The notes: generated from the letters alone by a model not told the origin. A DNA stretch of 42,872 bases from a virus (IMGVR_UViG_3300045988_175311:1-42872); one strand, 5' to 3'. Shown: positions 9,342-17,791, counted from the first letter of the stretch. Numbers and translations are program-made.

Positions 9342-11040
9342 CCGATCCGTTGTTCATCTTAGCTTGTGCATTGGCAATCAGTGTAGCGGTCCGATCATCC
9401 TGTTGAGATCCTTCATCGTCAGATCGCTCTTCTTCCTGACTAGCAGGAATCCCAGTAATTGGTTCAGCTAATTCACGTAATGTTTGTGCAGAGAACTTGC
9501 CGGTTTGATTCAGACCTTGAATTAATGTCATGGTTTCCTGGTTGTTTTTAGGCAGGTTTGGCGTAAACGTAATGGTTACATTATCAGCTGGATTAACGTC
9601 ATTCGTCACTTTGATACCTGTGCTCGAAACATAATTCCAATAAATTGCCAATAGTCGCAGCCGTCTTCTCAATCCCCGCTGATAAAGCGTTTCTGACATT
9701 GCCATTTCCTGATCAGACCCCCACAGTTTATAAGCCATAGCAACACCAGAGGCGTTGGCTGCAAAGTTCTGATCTGTTGTATCTGGTGTGTTAGTGTCTT
9801 TATGAATATCAGATAGCAACTGCTGAATGTATATCTGCCACTCACTAGCATTCAATGACTTGGTTAAATAGGCCGCTGAAGTATTGCTGATAGTTGGCGA
9901 ACCATTAGGATTATCATGCACGTATGGCTTTAGATAAAGCACATTGGCCTTGGTATCAAGGACTTTCTGAACCATGACTGGCGCGTTAGGCTTGCCGTTT
10001 GTCGTTGACTGGTTTGTATAGCCGCCACTCACGTTATCGAGATATACTGGCTGGCCTTTGGGATCTAGCATTTGCTCAGTCTTACCAGACTGATTAGAAA
10101 CTTTCCCATTAATCATCAACATCGCGTTGCTAAAATCTGCTTGTGAGTTAGCCATTTCAGATAGAGCTTGGTCATAAGCATCAATTTCATCTAGTTTAGT
10201 TTCCCATGCGCCAACCCGTTCCTCATTCAATAGATATTCAGTTAACGGTACTTGTTGGAAATAGTGTTCCTCGTCACTAGTTAATGTCCAATCAGAATCA
10301 GGATTGGCACCAGCAGTAAAGTGATAGATTTGGTTGTCAGTGTATACCTCAATTTGATAATACGTTTCATCAGCAACGTTCACGGCATAATAACGAACAG
10401 CAAAAAGTTCTACAGGTTCTACGTCGGTAGACCAGACTACGAACGCACTGTTGGGGTCGATGGCCGTAATCTTAGGCTGCTTAGTTCCCTGAGGTACATA
10501 CAGTAATTCATAAGCTCGTCCAACATTTGCTAGATTTTTCCCCATAACCTTTTCATGATATGGTTCATCATTGGTCTGATTAAAATCATTTACAGCCTGA
10601 ATAACATTTTCGCCAGTGTCATTTTCATCATCTTTATTTTGATAACCAAAAGTCAGCGGCGTTCCAAACTCATAACCAACTTGAATATTGGTAATGTATC
10701 GTGCTAAAGCGCTTGATATCCGATTGTCAGCCCGATTAGAACGCTTATTAGACAGCCAGTAATGAATATTATTATCGGCTAAGTAATAACGTTCCAGCTC
10801 CAAGATTCGGGGCAGTTGATTATTAAAATGATCGCTGACGTACCATTGAACTAATTCTTGAAATTTATTTGGATCATCTTTAATTGGTTGCCATGAGGAT
10901 GCTGGAATGTTGTATGACTGATTGGTTTGAAATGCATATCGATTACCATAACGTCGACCATTTAATAGATTAATAGAGTTTGGCTGTGGATTGATTGAGC
11001 GATAATGTGCTGATAAATCATTTGTTTCCGCCACTGTCAT
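9256..11040 (-). CDS. Portal protein (SPP1 Gp6-like)
   Basis: 594 aa, downstream of the large terminase, with an acidic C-terminal tail. Confidence 0.85.
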   Translation of the reverse strand: MTVAETNDLSAHYRSINPQPNSINLLNGRRYGNRYAFQTNQSYNIPASSWQPIKDDPNKFQELVQWYVSDHFNNQLPRILELERYYLADNNIHYWLSNKRSNRADNRISSALARYITNIQVGYEFGTPLTFGYQNKDDENDTGENVIQAVNDFNQTNDEPYHEKVMGKNLANVGRAYELLYVPQGTKQPKITAIDPNSAFVVWSTDVEPVELFAVRYYAVNVADETYYQIEVYTDNQIYHFTAGANPDSDWTLTSDEEHYFQQVPLTEYLLNEERVGAWETKLDEIDAYDQALSEMANSQADFSNAMLMINGKVSNQSGKTEQMLDPKGQPVYLDNVSGGYTNQSTTNGKPNAPVMVQKVLDTKANVLYLKPYVHDNPNGSPTISNTSAAYLTKSLNASEWQIYIQQLLSDIHKDTNTPDTTDQNFAANASGVAMAYKLWGSDQEMAMSETLYQRGLRRRLRLLAIYWNYVSSTGIKVTNDVNPADNVTITFTPNLPKNNQETMTLIQGLNQTGKFSAQTLRELAEPITGIPASQEEERSDDEGSQQDDRTATLIANAQAKMNNGSGDDDDNDQAGAQEDQQTDSTGQPQQSDD

Positions 11041-11353
11041 TTACCTTACTTTCATCATTTTTGTGTAATTCACAATATTTATGAGCAAATTTAACGGCCA
11101 ACAACTTTTTGGAGTCATTGACCGATTTGTCTTTTTCATTAATATTGTCATTCACTAATTTTGCTAAACTTTCAAATATCATTTTGACATCCAGCCCAAT
11201 TGGTACCGAATAGGTGATACCTCGGTCTTCAAATTCAAGCGGTTTACCATTAAGCATCGGCTCAAACACATTCATATCAAGCGGTGCTGTGTCCTTGGTA
11301 GTTGCTTGCTTTTTCCATTCTTCCATTGTCATTAGCTTTGACATTTTCATCAC
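11018..11353 (-). CDS. Hypothetical protein between terminase and portal
   Basis: 111-aa ORF in the operon; no motif recognised. Confidence 0.45.
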   Translation of the reverse strand: MMKMSKLMTMEEWKKQATTKDTAPLDMNVFEPMLNGKPLEFEDRGITYSVPIGLDVKMIFESLAKLVNDNINEKDKSVNDSKKLLAVKFAHKYCELHKNDESKVNDSGGNK

Positions 11354-11355
11354 TC

Positions 11356-12675
11356 CTAAAACAAATCATCGGGATAATCGATCAATCCTTTGTCAGCGAG
11401 CAGTTGATCTTGCTGATCATAATTATCATGTGGCTGACTATATTCGTGATTCCATTGACGTGTTGCAACCGCGTAACGAATCGCATCCATCACGTGGTCA
11501 TGTTCTTTGACTGGTTCACCCGTTTTGTCATTCCAGACGTACTGATAAACCTCATCTAAGAACTGCTGTATGCCTTCTTGAACAGCCATAAACTTATGCT
11601 GCTTAATAAGCCCTGCAACTTGTTCAATGCCCTTTAAAACGGATTTATACGCATACTGAGCGTTGATGCTATTTTCCTTGAACTTGTCAATATGTTCAAC
11701 TCTGGCCGTGTCACAATAAAATGGAATATTGTAGCCATAATCTTGTTGAACCTGTTTGGCAATCTTGACCCAGTGCATAATCTGCTCCAAATGCCCAGTA
11801 TGCTCTTCAACTAAGTAAGTATTGCCATCATTATCATCAGCCAATACAACAATTGACGTATCGTGCTCATAGCCCCAATCGACGCCACAATAGTAAGTTA
11901 ACTGTTGATCAGCAGTTCGTTTGTCAAACTCGGCGCGAGTAATTAGATTCTTTGATTTGTCAAAGTCTTGATAAACTAGTCCTTCACCAGCAACCCATAA
12001 TCCGAGTATCTTACGATCATAGAACATACCAGATGGAGTTGTTGATTTCTGACCAGCCACATATTCTGGATCTAATACGGTGTTATCGTCCATTGTAAAG
12101 TGATTGCTGATGATTTCGCTAGAATGCTTAGGATTATCTATATAATCCGTTTTGAGCCAATGTGTGGGCACATCCGGGTTAGTATCACAAACAACTCGTG
12201 CACCTGGTGTAGAGCATCGTGAACGGATCTCTTCAAATACTTCTTTATTGGCAAGTGAGGCTTCATTAATGTAGGCTCCAAACGAAGTCATTCCACGAAT
12301 TGCTCCTAACCCAGATATAGATCCTGTAAACGTCTGAACTATTTTAACTGCCGGCAAACCAGGGAATTTAATCTTGAACGAATTGTGTTTATCGAATTTA
12401 AAGGTCAATCCAAATGTATTAGCAATTTCATTCAAGATGTTATTGGCAATTGATTTGCTTGAAACTCCGGCGAGAATGTACATTGGATATTTAACTTTCT
12501 TAGATCGTGCAATTTCAGCAGCATGTTTAACTTCATATAGAAAAACAAAATTATCAACAAATGTTTTACCAGCCCGAACGGCACCGTAATTAATCATCAA
12601 TTTCCAATGACGATTATTCAGTTCTTGGTTTAAAACTTGCTGTTGTTTTCTAGTGAATAGATTATCAATCGTCAT
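11356..12675 (-). CDS. terL: Terminase large subunit (PBSX/XtmB-like)
   Basis: Walker A-like motif YGAVRAGKT. The ATG at 12675 follows GAAGGA and overlaps the end of the small subunit gene. Confidence 0.9.
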   Translation of the reverse strand: MTIDNLFTRKQQQVLNQELNNRHWKLMINYGAVRAGKTFVDNFVFLYEVKHAAEIARSKKVKYPMYILAGVSSKSIANNILNEIANTFGLTFKFDKHNSFKIKFPGLPAVKIVQTFTGSISGLGAIRGMTSFGAYINEASLANKEVFEEIRSRCSTPGARVVCDTNPDVPTHWLKTDYIDNPKHSSEIISNHFTMDDNTVLDPEYVAGQKSTTPSGMFYDRKILGLWVAGEGLVYQDFDKSKNLITRAEFDKRTADQQLTYYCGVDWGYEHDTSIVVLADDNDGNTYLVEEHTGHLEQIMHWVKIAKQVQQDYGYNIPFYCDTARVEHIDKFKENSINAQYAYKSVLKGIEQVAGLIKQHKFMAVQEGIQQFLDEVYQYVWNDKTGEPVKEHDHVMDAIRYAVATRQWNHEYSQPHDNYDQQDQLLADKGLIDYPDDLF

Positions 12676-13147
12676 TTTGATCATCCTTCGGAACGTTCTT
12701 AGCAAGCTTGCTCATCATATCAGTTAATGCATCCATTTGATCATCTTTATTGTCCTGCATATCAGCTAGTTTAGCTTCGGCCATTGCAGCATCGGCGTTA
12801 GCTTTACGCTGCTGTGCATCCTCTAAGGTTGATACAGTCATCGAACGATCAAGAATATCTTTAGCGGCGTTAAACCTTACCATTTCAGACTTGGCGTTTA
12901 GTAGCTTGCGCATCGTGACAATGGCTTCTGGTGTCAGATCAATCAACATGTAATGGTTATATTCTTGCTGGGCTTTGCGGAATTGTTCATGAGTTTTCCA
13001 ATTGTAAAATGTCGAACTGGCTACTTGGAGATCAGCAATGATTTTCTCTTGTGTGAGATTTCCCGGAAACATTAGCATGATCGCTTTGCGTTGCTTTAAT
13101 GGCAATTCATAAAAAGTTGCCAAATCTCTAATTTTCTCCTTAGCCAT
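12665..13147 (-). CDS. terS: Terminase small subunit (putative; start ambiguous, 13147 or 13168)
   Basis: It lies immediately upstream of terL and overlaps it. It has an N-terminal HTH-like segment and an acidic tail. Confidence 0.65.
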   Translation of the reverse strand: MAKEKIRDLATFYELPLKQRKAIMLMFPGNLTQEKIIADLQVASSTFYNWKTHEQFRKAQQEYNHYMLIDLTPEAIVTMRKLLNAKSEMVRFNAAKDILDRSMTVSTLEDAQQRKANADAAMAEAKLADMQDNKDDQMDALTDMMSKLAKNVPKDDQNDD

Positions 13148-13185
13148 TACATACCACCACACCTCCATTTAGTTATTCTATGTAT

Positions 13186-13211
13186 TAAAAAGCACCGCAA
13201 TTAAGCGATGC
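13186..13211 (-). terminator. Intrinsic terminator-like hairpin just upstream of terS
   Basis: Minus strand reads GCATCGC-TTAATT-GCGGTGC (7-bp stem with one G-U pair), followed by TTTTTAAT. Confidence 0.5.
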
Positions 13212-13284
13212 CAATTTTTACATATTGTGTTCTTCCCATAACTGTTTCAGTCGTGAAATTGCTTCGTCCCAATCTAAAGTATCG

Positions 13285-13560
13285 TTATTCATTTTCAACC
13301 CGGCTTTCCATTCCATGTATCAAATTGCTTACTGCTCCCAAAATGCTAAGCCCATTGACAGCCGGTTCGCCATCGTCCCAGGAAACACCGTAGTTAGCAA
13401 CCGGCTCACCATCTTCAACTGTCAAGTAAACGTAAGCAATTCCCTTAAGATTATGCTTGATTCGATCCTCATTAATTGTTGAGATACAATCATCAACTGT
13501 CGTGTGCCGACCTTTTTGCTGATGCTTTTGATTGAGTGTGGTGATTTTTTCTTTTGCCAT
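13285..13560 (-). CDS. Hypothetical protein
   Basis: 91 aa; RBS AAGGAGA precedes the ATG. Confidence 0.55.
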   Translation of the reverse strand: MAKEKITTLNQKHQQKGRHTTVDDCISTINEDRIKHNLKGIAYVYLTVEDGEPVANYGVSWDDGEPAVNGLSILGAVSNLIHGMESRVENE

Positions 13561-13583
13561 GTTGAGATTTCTCCTTTTTGTGC

Positions 13584-13615
13584 AAATTAAAAGCGCCCTC
13601 TTTGCGAAGACGCTT
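13584..13615 (-). terminator. Intrinsic terminator-like hairpin
   Basis: Minus strand reads AAGCGTCTTC-GCAAA-GAGGGCGCTT (10-bp stem including G-U pairs), followed by TTAATTT. Confidence 0.45.
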
Positions 13616-13647
13616 ATTTAAATCCTTATCAAGCTATGTGCAGCCTC

Positions 13648-13914
13648 CTAATAAAGCAATTCGCCATCATCAAAAGATTTTTCAACCGCTTTGGCCAATT
13701 TATCAGTTAAATCTTTTTCGTGGTTTTGAAACATCTTAGTATCACCATCAACCGTCAATGCAATACACGGAACAAATTGATTTTCTGGATGAGCTTGCTC
13801 ATATTTATTCATCCGCTTGACCCATTCTTTTGCTTGATCCTGAGCCAACTTCTTACGACCTCGCCTGTTAAGATATTTAGGATCAATTTGCTTTAATAAT
13901 TCTTTTTGTTTCAT
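13648..13914 (-). CDS. Hypothetical protein
   Basis: Start chosen at the ATG at 13914 (MKQKELL...), after GAAGGAGA. Confidence 0.55.
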   Translation of the reverse strand: MKQKELLKQIDPKYLNRRGRKKLAQDQAKEWVKRMNKYEQAHPENQFVPCIALTVDGDTKMFQNHEKDLTDKLAKAVEKSFDDGELLY

Positions 13915-14053
13915 GACGCTGTCTCCTTCGCTTATCATTCAAATAATGCTGTTTCTCGCGTTTGTTGTGCTGGTTAAAGTATTTGTTCAGCTCACCATCA
14001 CACTTAGCTTCTGTGGGCGATTCATAGCCAAATTTGGTGTGTATCATTCTCAT
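13883..14053 (-). CDS. Small basic hypothetical protein; only the C-terminal third of tracked ORF 13883..14275 is taken as coding
   Basis: The ATG at 14053 is preceded by GAGGTGGGA. The upstream two-thirds of the tracked ORF has no RBS and lies in a structured non-coding region. Confidence 0.35.
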   Translation of the reverse strand: MRMIHTKFGYESPTEAKCDGELNKYFNQHNKREKQHYLNDKRRRQRHETKRIIKAN

Positions 14054-14401
14054 GGTTCCCACCTCAACTGTAAGTAATATAAAATTATTAAGAGTGCCAG
14101 CATGATTGCGAATACAACAAAATCTTCTCTTTTCATGCTGCACCTTCTTTCCAAAATAAAACGCCCAGATTTTCCACATCTGGACGATACTCGCTGTGTT
14201 AATCAAACGAAACGTTAAAAATGCGAGCAAAAGTTGTCGGTGAGGGTTACACTCACCATCGTGCATTGGCGGCAACCGACTAACTGGAGCTTATCAAGTC
14301 GATTTAATCTAAAGGATAATTTAGGGGGTAATTACATAACGTACAGTAGTTTAACAATCACATATTTTCAGGAGAAAAAACAATACCCCAGTTAGTCATA
14401 T

Positions 14402-14444
14402 AATCGCCAGTGGGAATCGAACCCACTTACGTCCAACAGCGATC
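14402..14444 (-). other. tRNA-like fragment: canonical T-arm plus a short acceptor-like stem, not a full tRNA
   Basis: Minus strand reads GTGGG-TTCGATT-CCCAC (14426-14410), closed by ATCGC (14443-14439) pairing with GCGAT (14407-14403). No D-arm or anticodon arm could be folded by hand. Confidence 0.3.
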
Positions 14445-14492
14445 TTTAATTTTTTCTACGATACCAATATAACCCCTGAAATTGCATTAATC

Positions 14493-14547
14493 CTGCGGTG
14501 TTTCTGCGGTAAAACTGCGGTAAAACTGCGGTAAAACTGCGATTTTT
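14493..14547. repeat. Five phased 11-bp direct repeats
   Basis: The units are CTGCGGTGTTT, then CTGCGGTAAAA three times, then CTGCGATTTTT. They start at 14493, 14504, 14515, 14526 and 14537, abutting the stop codon of the ArpU-like gene. Confidence 0.9.
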
Positions 14548-14989
14548 ATTTCGAATTAATAAAAACGTGAAGGTCTTCGAGCAAATAAGCATCTGCAAAT
14601 TCTAAGAAGGCACGATTTTTGTAAAAATAATATCTGTTCTCGTGATAATGTAGCTGTTTCATTATTTGCCAATCAAGTGGCTTCTCACGTGTAAAATACA
14701 ATTTGCTAATAATAATTTTAGAAACATTAGAACAATTCTCTATGGCCTCAATAGTCCGCTTTAAAACTTCTTGAGCGTATAGATGCTTATAAATAGTCTC
14801 TTCAGCGCTATTCCCTACATGGTTCGCTTTGGGCATGTCAGAAATTGTCGGTGATTTAATGTCCGTAATGCTTTGATGCGCATACCGCTCCATTTTAGGA
14901 ATTGTGTGATTAAAAAAATGCTTAACCCGGTCAACCGTTTCTTTTTTATTTACTTCTGGAAATAATTCAATCATGTCAGTCTTACCCAT
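14546..14989 (-). CDS. ArpU-family late transcriptional regulator (putative)
   Basis: 147 aa, RBS AAGGAG. It is the last gene of the early/middle block, just before the packaging genes. Sequence resemblance to ArpU-type regulators is from memory. Confidence 0.65.
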   Translation of the reverse strand: MGKTDMIELFPEVNKKETVDRVKHFFNHTIPKMERYAHQSITDIKSPTISDMPKANHVGNSAEETIYKHLYAQEVLKRTIEAIENCSNVSKIIISKLYFTREKPLDWQIMKQLHYHENRYYFYKNRAFLEFADAYLLEDLHVFINSK

Positions 14990-15058
14990 AACGCAACTCC
15001 TTTATTGTCACCTTAGTTGATGTTATACTGAAATTGCCTATTAATTAGCATCACCTTG

Positions 15059-15088
15059 GCTCCCGGAAACGGGAGCTTTTTTATTTTT
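15059..15088 (+). terminator. Plus-strand intrinsic terminator-like hairpin inside a minus-strand gene block
   Basis: GCTCCCG-GAAA-CGGGAGC (7-bp perfect stem), followed by TTTTTTATTTTT on the plus strand. Confidence 0.5.
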
Positions 15089-15164
15089 CCTCCAAATTCT
15101 GAAACGTTCATTTAGATATCTCTCTTTTTAAAAAGCATCAAGTAAACAATTAAGCAATTTCATG

Positions 15165-15575
15165 TCATCGCTCATTTGTTTGCCTCCAATTTTCCTCCAA
15201 TAAGTCCTTATCTTCGTGAACATTCCCAACAATTTCAATGATATTAGCATCTTTACGGCAAGCACAATCCAGCCATTCTGGTGAACTATAGGACTTATCG
15301 CTCTCTTGTACCGCAAATCCAGCTCCGCGATACATAACTAATCCTACCCAATCATGCTTTCTATAAATGTTTGAATGCCAAGCTAGAATATCCCCCTCGT
15401 AAACATCTTTGCCATTCTTATCTTTTAAACCGGTAAATTGCTCAACAATGTAAGCGTCCGGATTCATTTCAGCAAAGCTCAAAATGCTACTTGCACGTCT
15501 ATGAAGCATCTCTTGCATTGGCTCCTTGCTGCCGAACGGCATATACCACGCTCTAAATTTAATTTCTCTGCTCAT
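15165..15575 (-). CDS. YopX-family protein
   Basis: The N-terminus MSREIKFRAW... is typical of YopX. The ATG at 15575 follows AAAGGAGAG. Confidence 0.7.
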   Translation of the reverse strand: MSREIKFRAWYMPFGSKEPMQEMLHRRASSILSFAEMNPDAYIVEQFTGLKDKNGKDVYEGDILAWHSNIYRKHDWVGLVMYRGAGFAVQESDKSYSSPEWLDCACRKDANIIEIVGNVHEDKDLLEENWRQTNER

Positions 15576-15580
15576 TACTG

Positions 15581-16042
15581 TCACTCTCCTTTCATAAATA
15601 CAAGCCATCTAGTCTTACTTCTCTTATCTCCAAATAAAGGAGCTTGACCAAAACATTCCAAAACTTGGTTCATAGGTATTTGACAAGTATTCCATTTAAA
15701 AATTAACGTTCCATGTGGTTTGAGAACTCGCATACATTCAGAGAATCCTTTGGCTAAATCAGTCTGCCAAGTATCCTGATCTAGCTTGCCGTACTTTTTG
15801 ACCAACCAGGATGTTTTGCCAGCGTGAATTAAATGTGGCGGATCCCATACAATCATGTAGAAACTATTATCAGAAAATGGCATCTCCGTAAAATCAGCTA
15901 TCACATCAGGATTAACGTCGACGATGTGTCCTGTGGGTAGTTTCTCATAATGCTGTCGATTATCCATGAAAGTGACGTTCTGATTGGCTTTATCAAACCA
16001 GAACATTCGGCTTCCACAAGCTGCATCTAAAATGTATTTCAT
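15581..16042 (-). CDS. Small SAM-dependent (DNA) methyltransferase with no adjacent restriction gene
   Basis: Motif I-like LDAACGSRMFW and motif IV-like DPPH; 153 aa. Confidence 0.6.
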   Translation of the reverse strand: MKYILDAACGSRMFWFDKANQNVTFMDNRQHYEKLPTGHIVDVNPDVIADFTEMPFSDNSFYMIVWDPPHLIHAGKTSWLVKKYGKLDQDTWQTDLAKGFSECMRVLKPHGTLIFKWNTCQIPMNQVLECFGQAPLFGDKRSKTRWLVFMKGE

Positions 16043-16044
16043 TT

Positions 16045-16470
16045 TTAATACTCCTCAAATATGCCGTTCTTAGCGTCGTACTCGGCGATTACCACCGGTA
16101 TCTGATACTTAGCCATGAACATCTTCATACGCAAGACAGACGCTCTGGTTAACGTTGCACGACCGCCTTTCACATCCACCACGCTGACCAAATTACCGTG
16201 TTCGTATATGCTGAAATCTGGCGTATAGGTGCAACCACGGACATGCTTCCTAGGATTTTGTAAATCGAAACTTGGTAAGGTCTCAAACTTCTCATGGATT
16301 TTAAAATCCAATTTCAAGTTCTTCAAGTGCAGGTAGTACGCACCCTCGGCCTTGCTATCAAATTGGTGACCATCAATACTCATTTTGTGGGCGTTGAACT
16401 TATTGCCCTTTCTTGGCAATTTAATTGCCGACTTAGGTGGATCTTGGACACCTGTGGGATAGTTTGTCAT
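16045..16470 (-). CDS. DUF1064-like protein (putative resolvase/nuclease fold)
   Basis: 141 aa. The segments FDSKAEGAYY...YTPDF...VDVKG resemble DUF1064 phage proteins. Confidence 0.55.
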   Translation of the reverse strand: MTNYPTGVQDPPKSAIKLPRKGNKFNAHKMSIDGHQFDSKAEGAYYLHLKNLKLDFKIHEKFETLPSFDLQNPRKHVRGCTYTPDFSIYEHGNLVSVVDVKGGRATLTRASVLRMKMFMAKYQIPVVIAEYDAKNGIFEEY

Positions 16471-17154
16471 TTAAATCATTCCTTCATCAATTTCGTCCAT
16501 CCGTTTCCGTGTCATGATATGCAGCGCAATCAGGTCATCTTCTGACAACTTAATTGGTCGTATATGATATTTCTCGATGAAGCTCTTAGCACCCATCTGG
16601 TGGCGCTCCATGTGATGCTCTCGGCAGAGGCACTCAAAGTACAACTTGCGATGATCCACTAGCTTGCGACTACCTCTGCCTACCGGCGTGAAGTGATCGA
16701 TGTCGCTATGCAGCTTGCCACAAATCACACACTGCCGATGACGTAAGCACTGGACAGCTTTCGGGTAAGTATTAGGAATGGCATCCCATGTCTTCGTTTT
16801 GAACGGAATCCCATTCTCAAAACAGAAGTCGAGTATAAAGGTCAGGAACTTATTTGCTTGATCCATACTGCAATCACTCATTGAGAAGCTCTCTGCACCC
16901 GTTTTGGCGTAGTAGAAGTATTTCATCCACTGTTCCATGTCCCGAATATCATAGCCGGTGTACATCGCCATATCCCGCAACATCGCAAATATTTTCTTCC
17001 GTTGTTCAGGTGAGATGTGCCGGCCATCATCGATATCAATCTGGATAGTTGGCTGCTTGTTATCGGCAAACTTTCGTAATCGGTGCATATTCAATTTGTC
17101 GTCAAGTTTGATGGTTAATTCATCGCCCTTGATACCTTTGAGTTTGCCAAACAT
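16471..17154 (-). CDS. HNH-like zinc-binding nuclease-domain protein
   Basis: The C-terminal half contains CVICGK...DIDHF...CLCREHHMERH. Confidence 0.5.
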   Translation of the reverse strand: MFGKLKGIKGDELTIKLDDKLNMHRLRKFADNKQPTIQIDIDDGRHISPEQRKKIFAMLRDMAMYTGYDIRDMEQWMKYFYYAKTGAESFSMSDCSMDQANKFLTFILDFCFENGIPFKTKTWDAIPNTYPKAVQCLRHRQCVICGKLHSDIDHFTPVGRGSRKLVDHRKLYFECLCREHHMERHQMGAKSFIEKYHIRPIKLSEDDLIALHIMTRKRMDEIDEGMI

Positions 17155-17233
17155 CTAATCACCTCGTCACTAACATTTTTGTGAATCACGACAGTATCAA
17201 CTTTCTGACGTTTTACTGATTTTTCGGGTAAAC

Positions 17234-17791
17234 TCACGCAACAAATATTTTGTAACCGTTTATTTCGTTTTTGCCTTTTGAAAGAATCTCGTTAAGAAAG
17301 CTTGGATTTTTGCCTAGAAAAATACTTGCCTTTGCTTCACTGTAAAAGTACAAGCATTCTTTACTTTCAAGATTGCATAAAACAATTTCAGAATTTGCTT
17401 GATTCAAATTATGAAGATAGGCATGCTTCATATTTTCAGCATAAGAACACCATTCAAGATTTGATTGTTTATTATTTAATGGATTCCCGTCAATATGATT
17501 GATGCAGGGCTTATGCCGAGGATTCGGAATAAATGCCGATGCAACCAAACGAGAAACCAGCTTAGTTTTATGCGATCCGTTTTTCCAAAGTTCTACTCTG
17601 GCATCTTTGCGTGTAGACCCTTTTCGTATTTCATGCTTAAACTTCAGCCTTCGACGTTTCCAAACTCGGATCTGAAAGGTCCCATCTGCTAGCTTACGGT
17701 AAGTCGTTTTCCCTTTACATGTCCAAATTGTTCCATCTGAACCAGCTTCATAGATACCTTCGTAATCAGGAATTGGTTTATAAGATGTCAT
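17234..17791 (-). CDS. Free-standing HNH homing endonuclease (NUMOD4 plus HNH)
   Basis: IPDYEGIYEAGSDGTIW (NUMOD4-like) and INHIDGNPLNNKQSNLEW (HNH). Confidence 0.75.
   Translation of the reverse strand: MTSYKPIPDYEGIYEAGSDGTIWTCKGKTTYRKLADGTFQIRVWKRRRLKFKHEIRKGSTRKDARVELWKNGSHKTKLVSRLVASAFIPNPRHKPCINHIDGNPLNNKQSNLEWCSYAENMKHAYLHNLNQANSEIVLCNLESKECLYFYSEAKASIFLGKNPSFLNEILSKGKNEINGYKIFVA

Noticed and set aside
13883-14275. The 130-aa ORF taken as a real gene over its full length
   Set aside because: The N-terminal two-thirds has no RBS and overlaps the structured non-coding leader. Only the part from the ATG at 14053, which has a GAGGTGG RBS, looks translatable. A 28-aa hydrophobic mini-ORF (about 14137-14051) is too short to support.
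14395-14480. A complete tRNA gene on the minus strand
   Set aside because: Only the T-arm and a 5-6 bp closing stem can be formed. No acceptor 5' strand, D-arm or anticodon stem could be paired in any register tried by hand. It is reported only as a tRNA-like fragment.
14493-14547. Short tandem repeats read as a CRISPR array
   Set aside because: The units are 11 bp with no spacers, and there are no cas genes. This is a tandem direct-repeat array, not CRISPR.
15128-15316. The 62-aa minus-strand ORF overlapping the 3' end of the YopX gene
   Set aside because: It lies in an alternative frame inside a well-supported gene and has no RBS.
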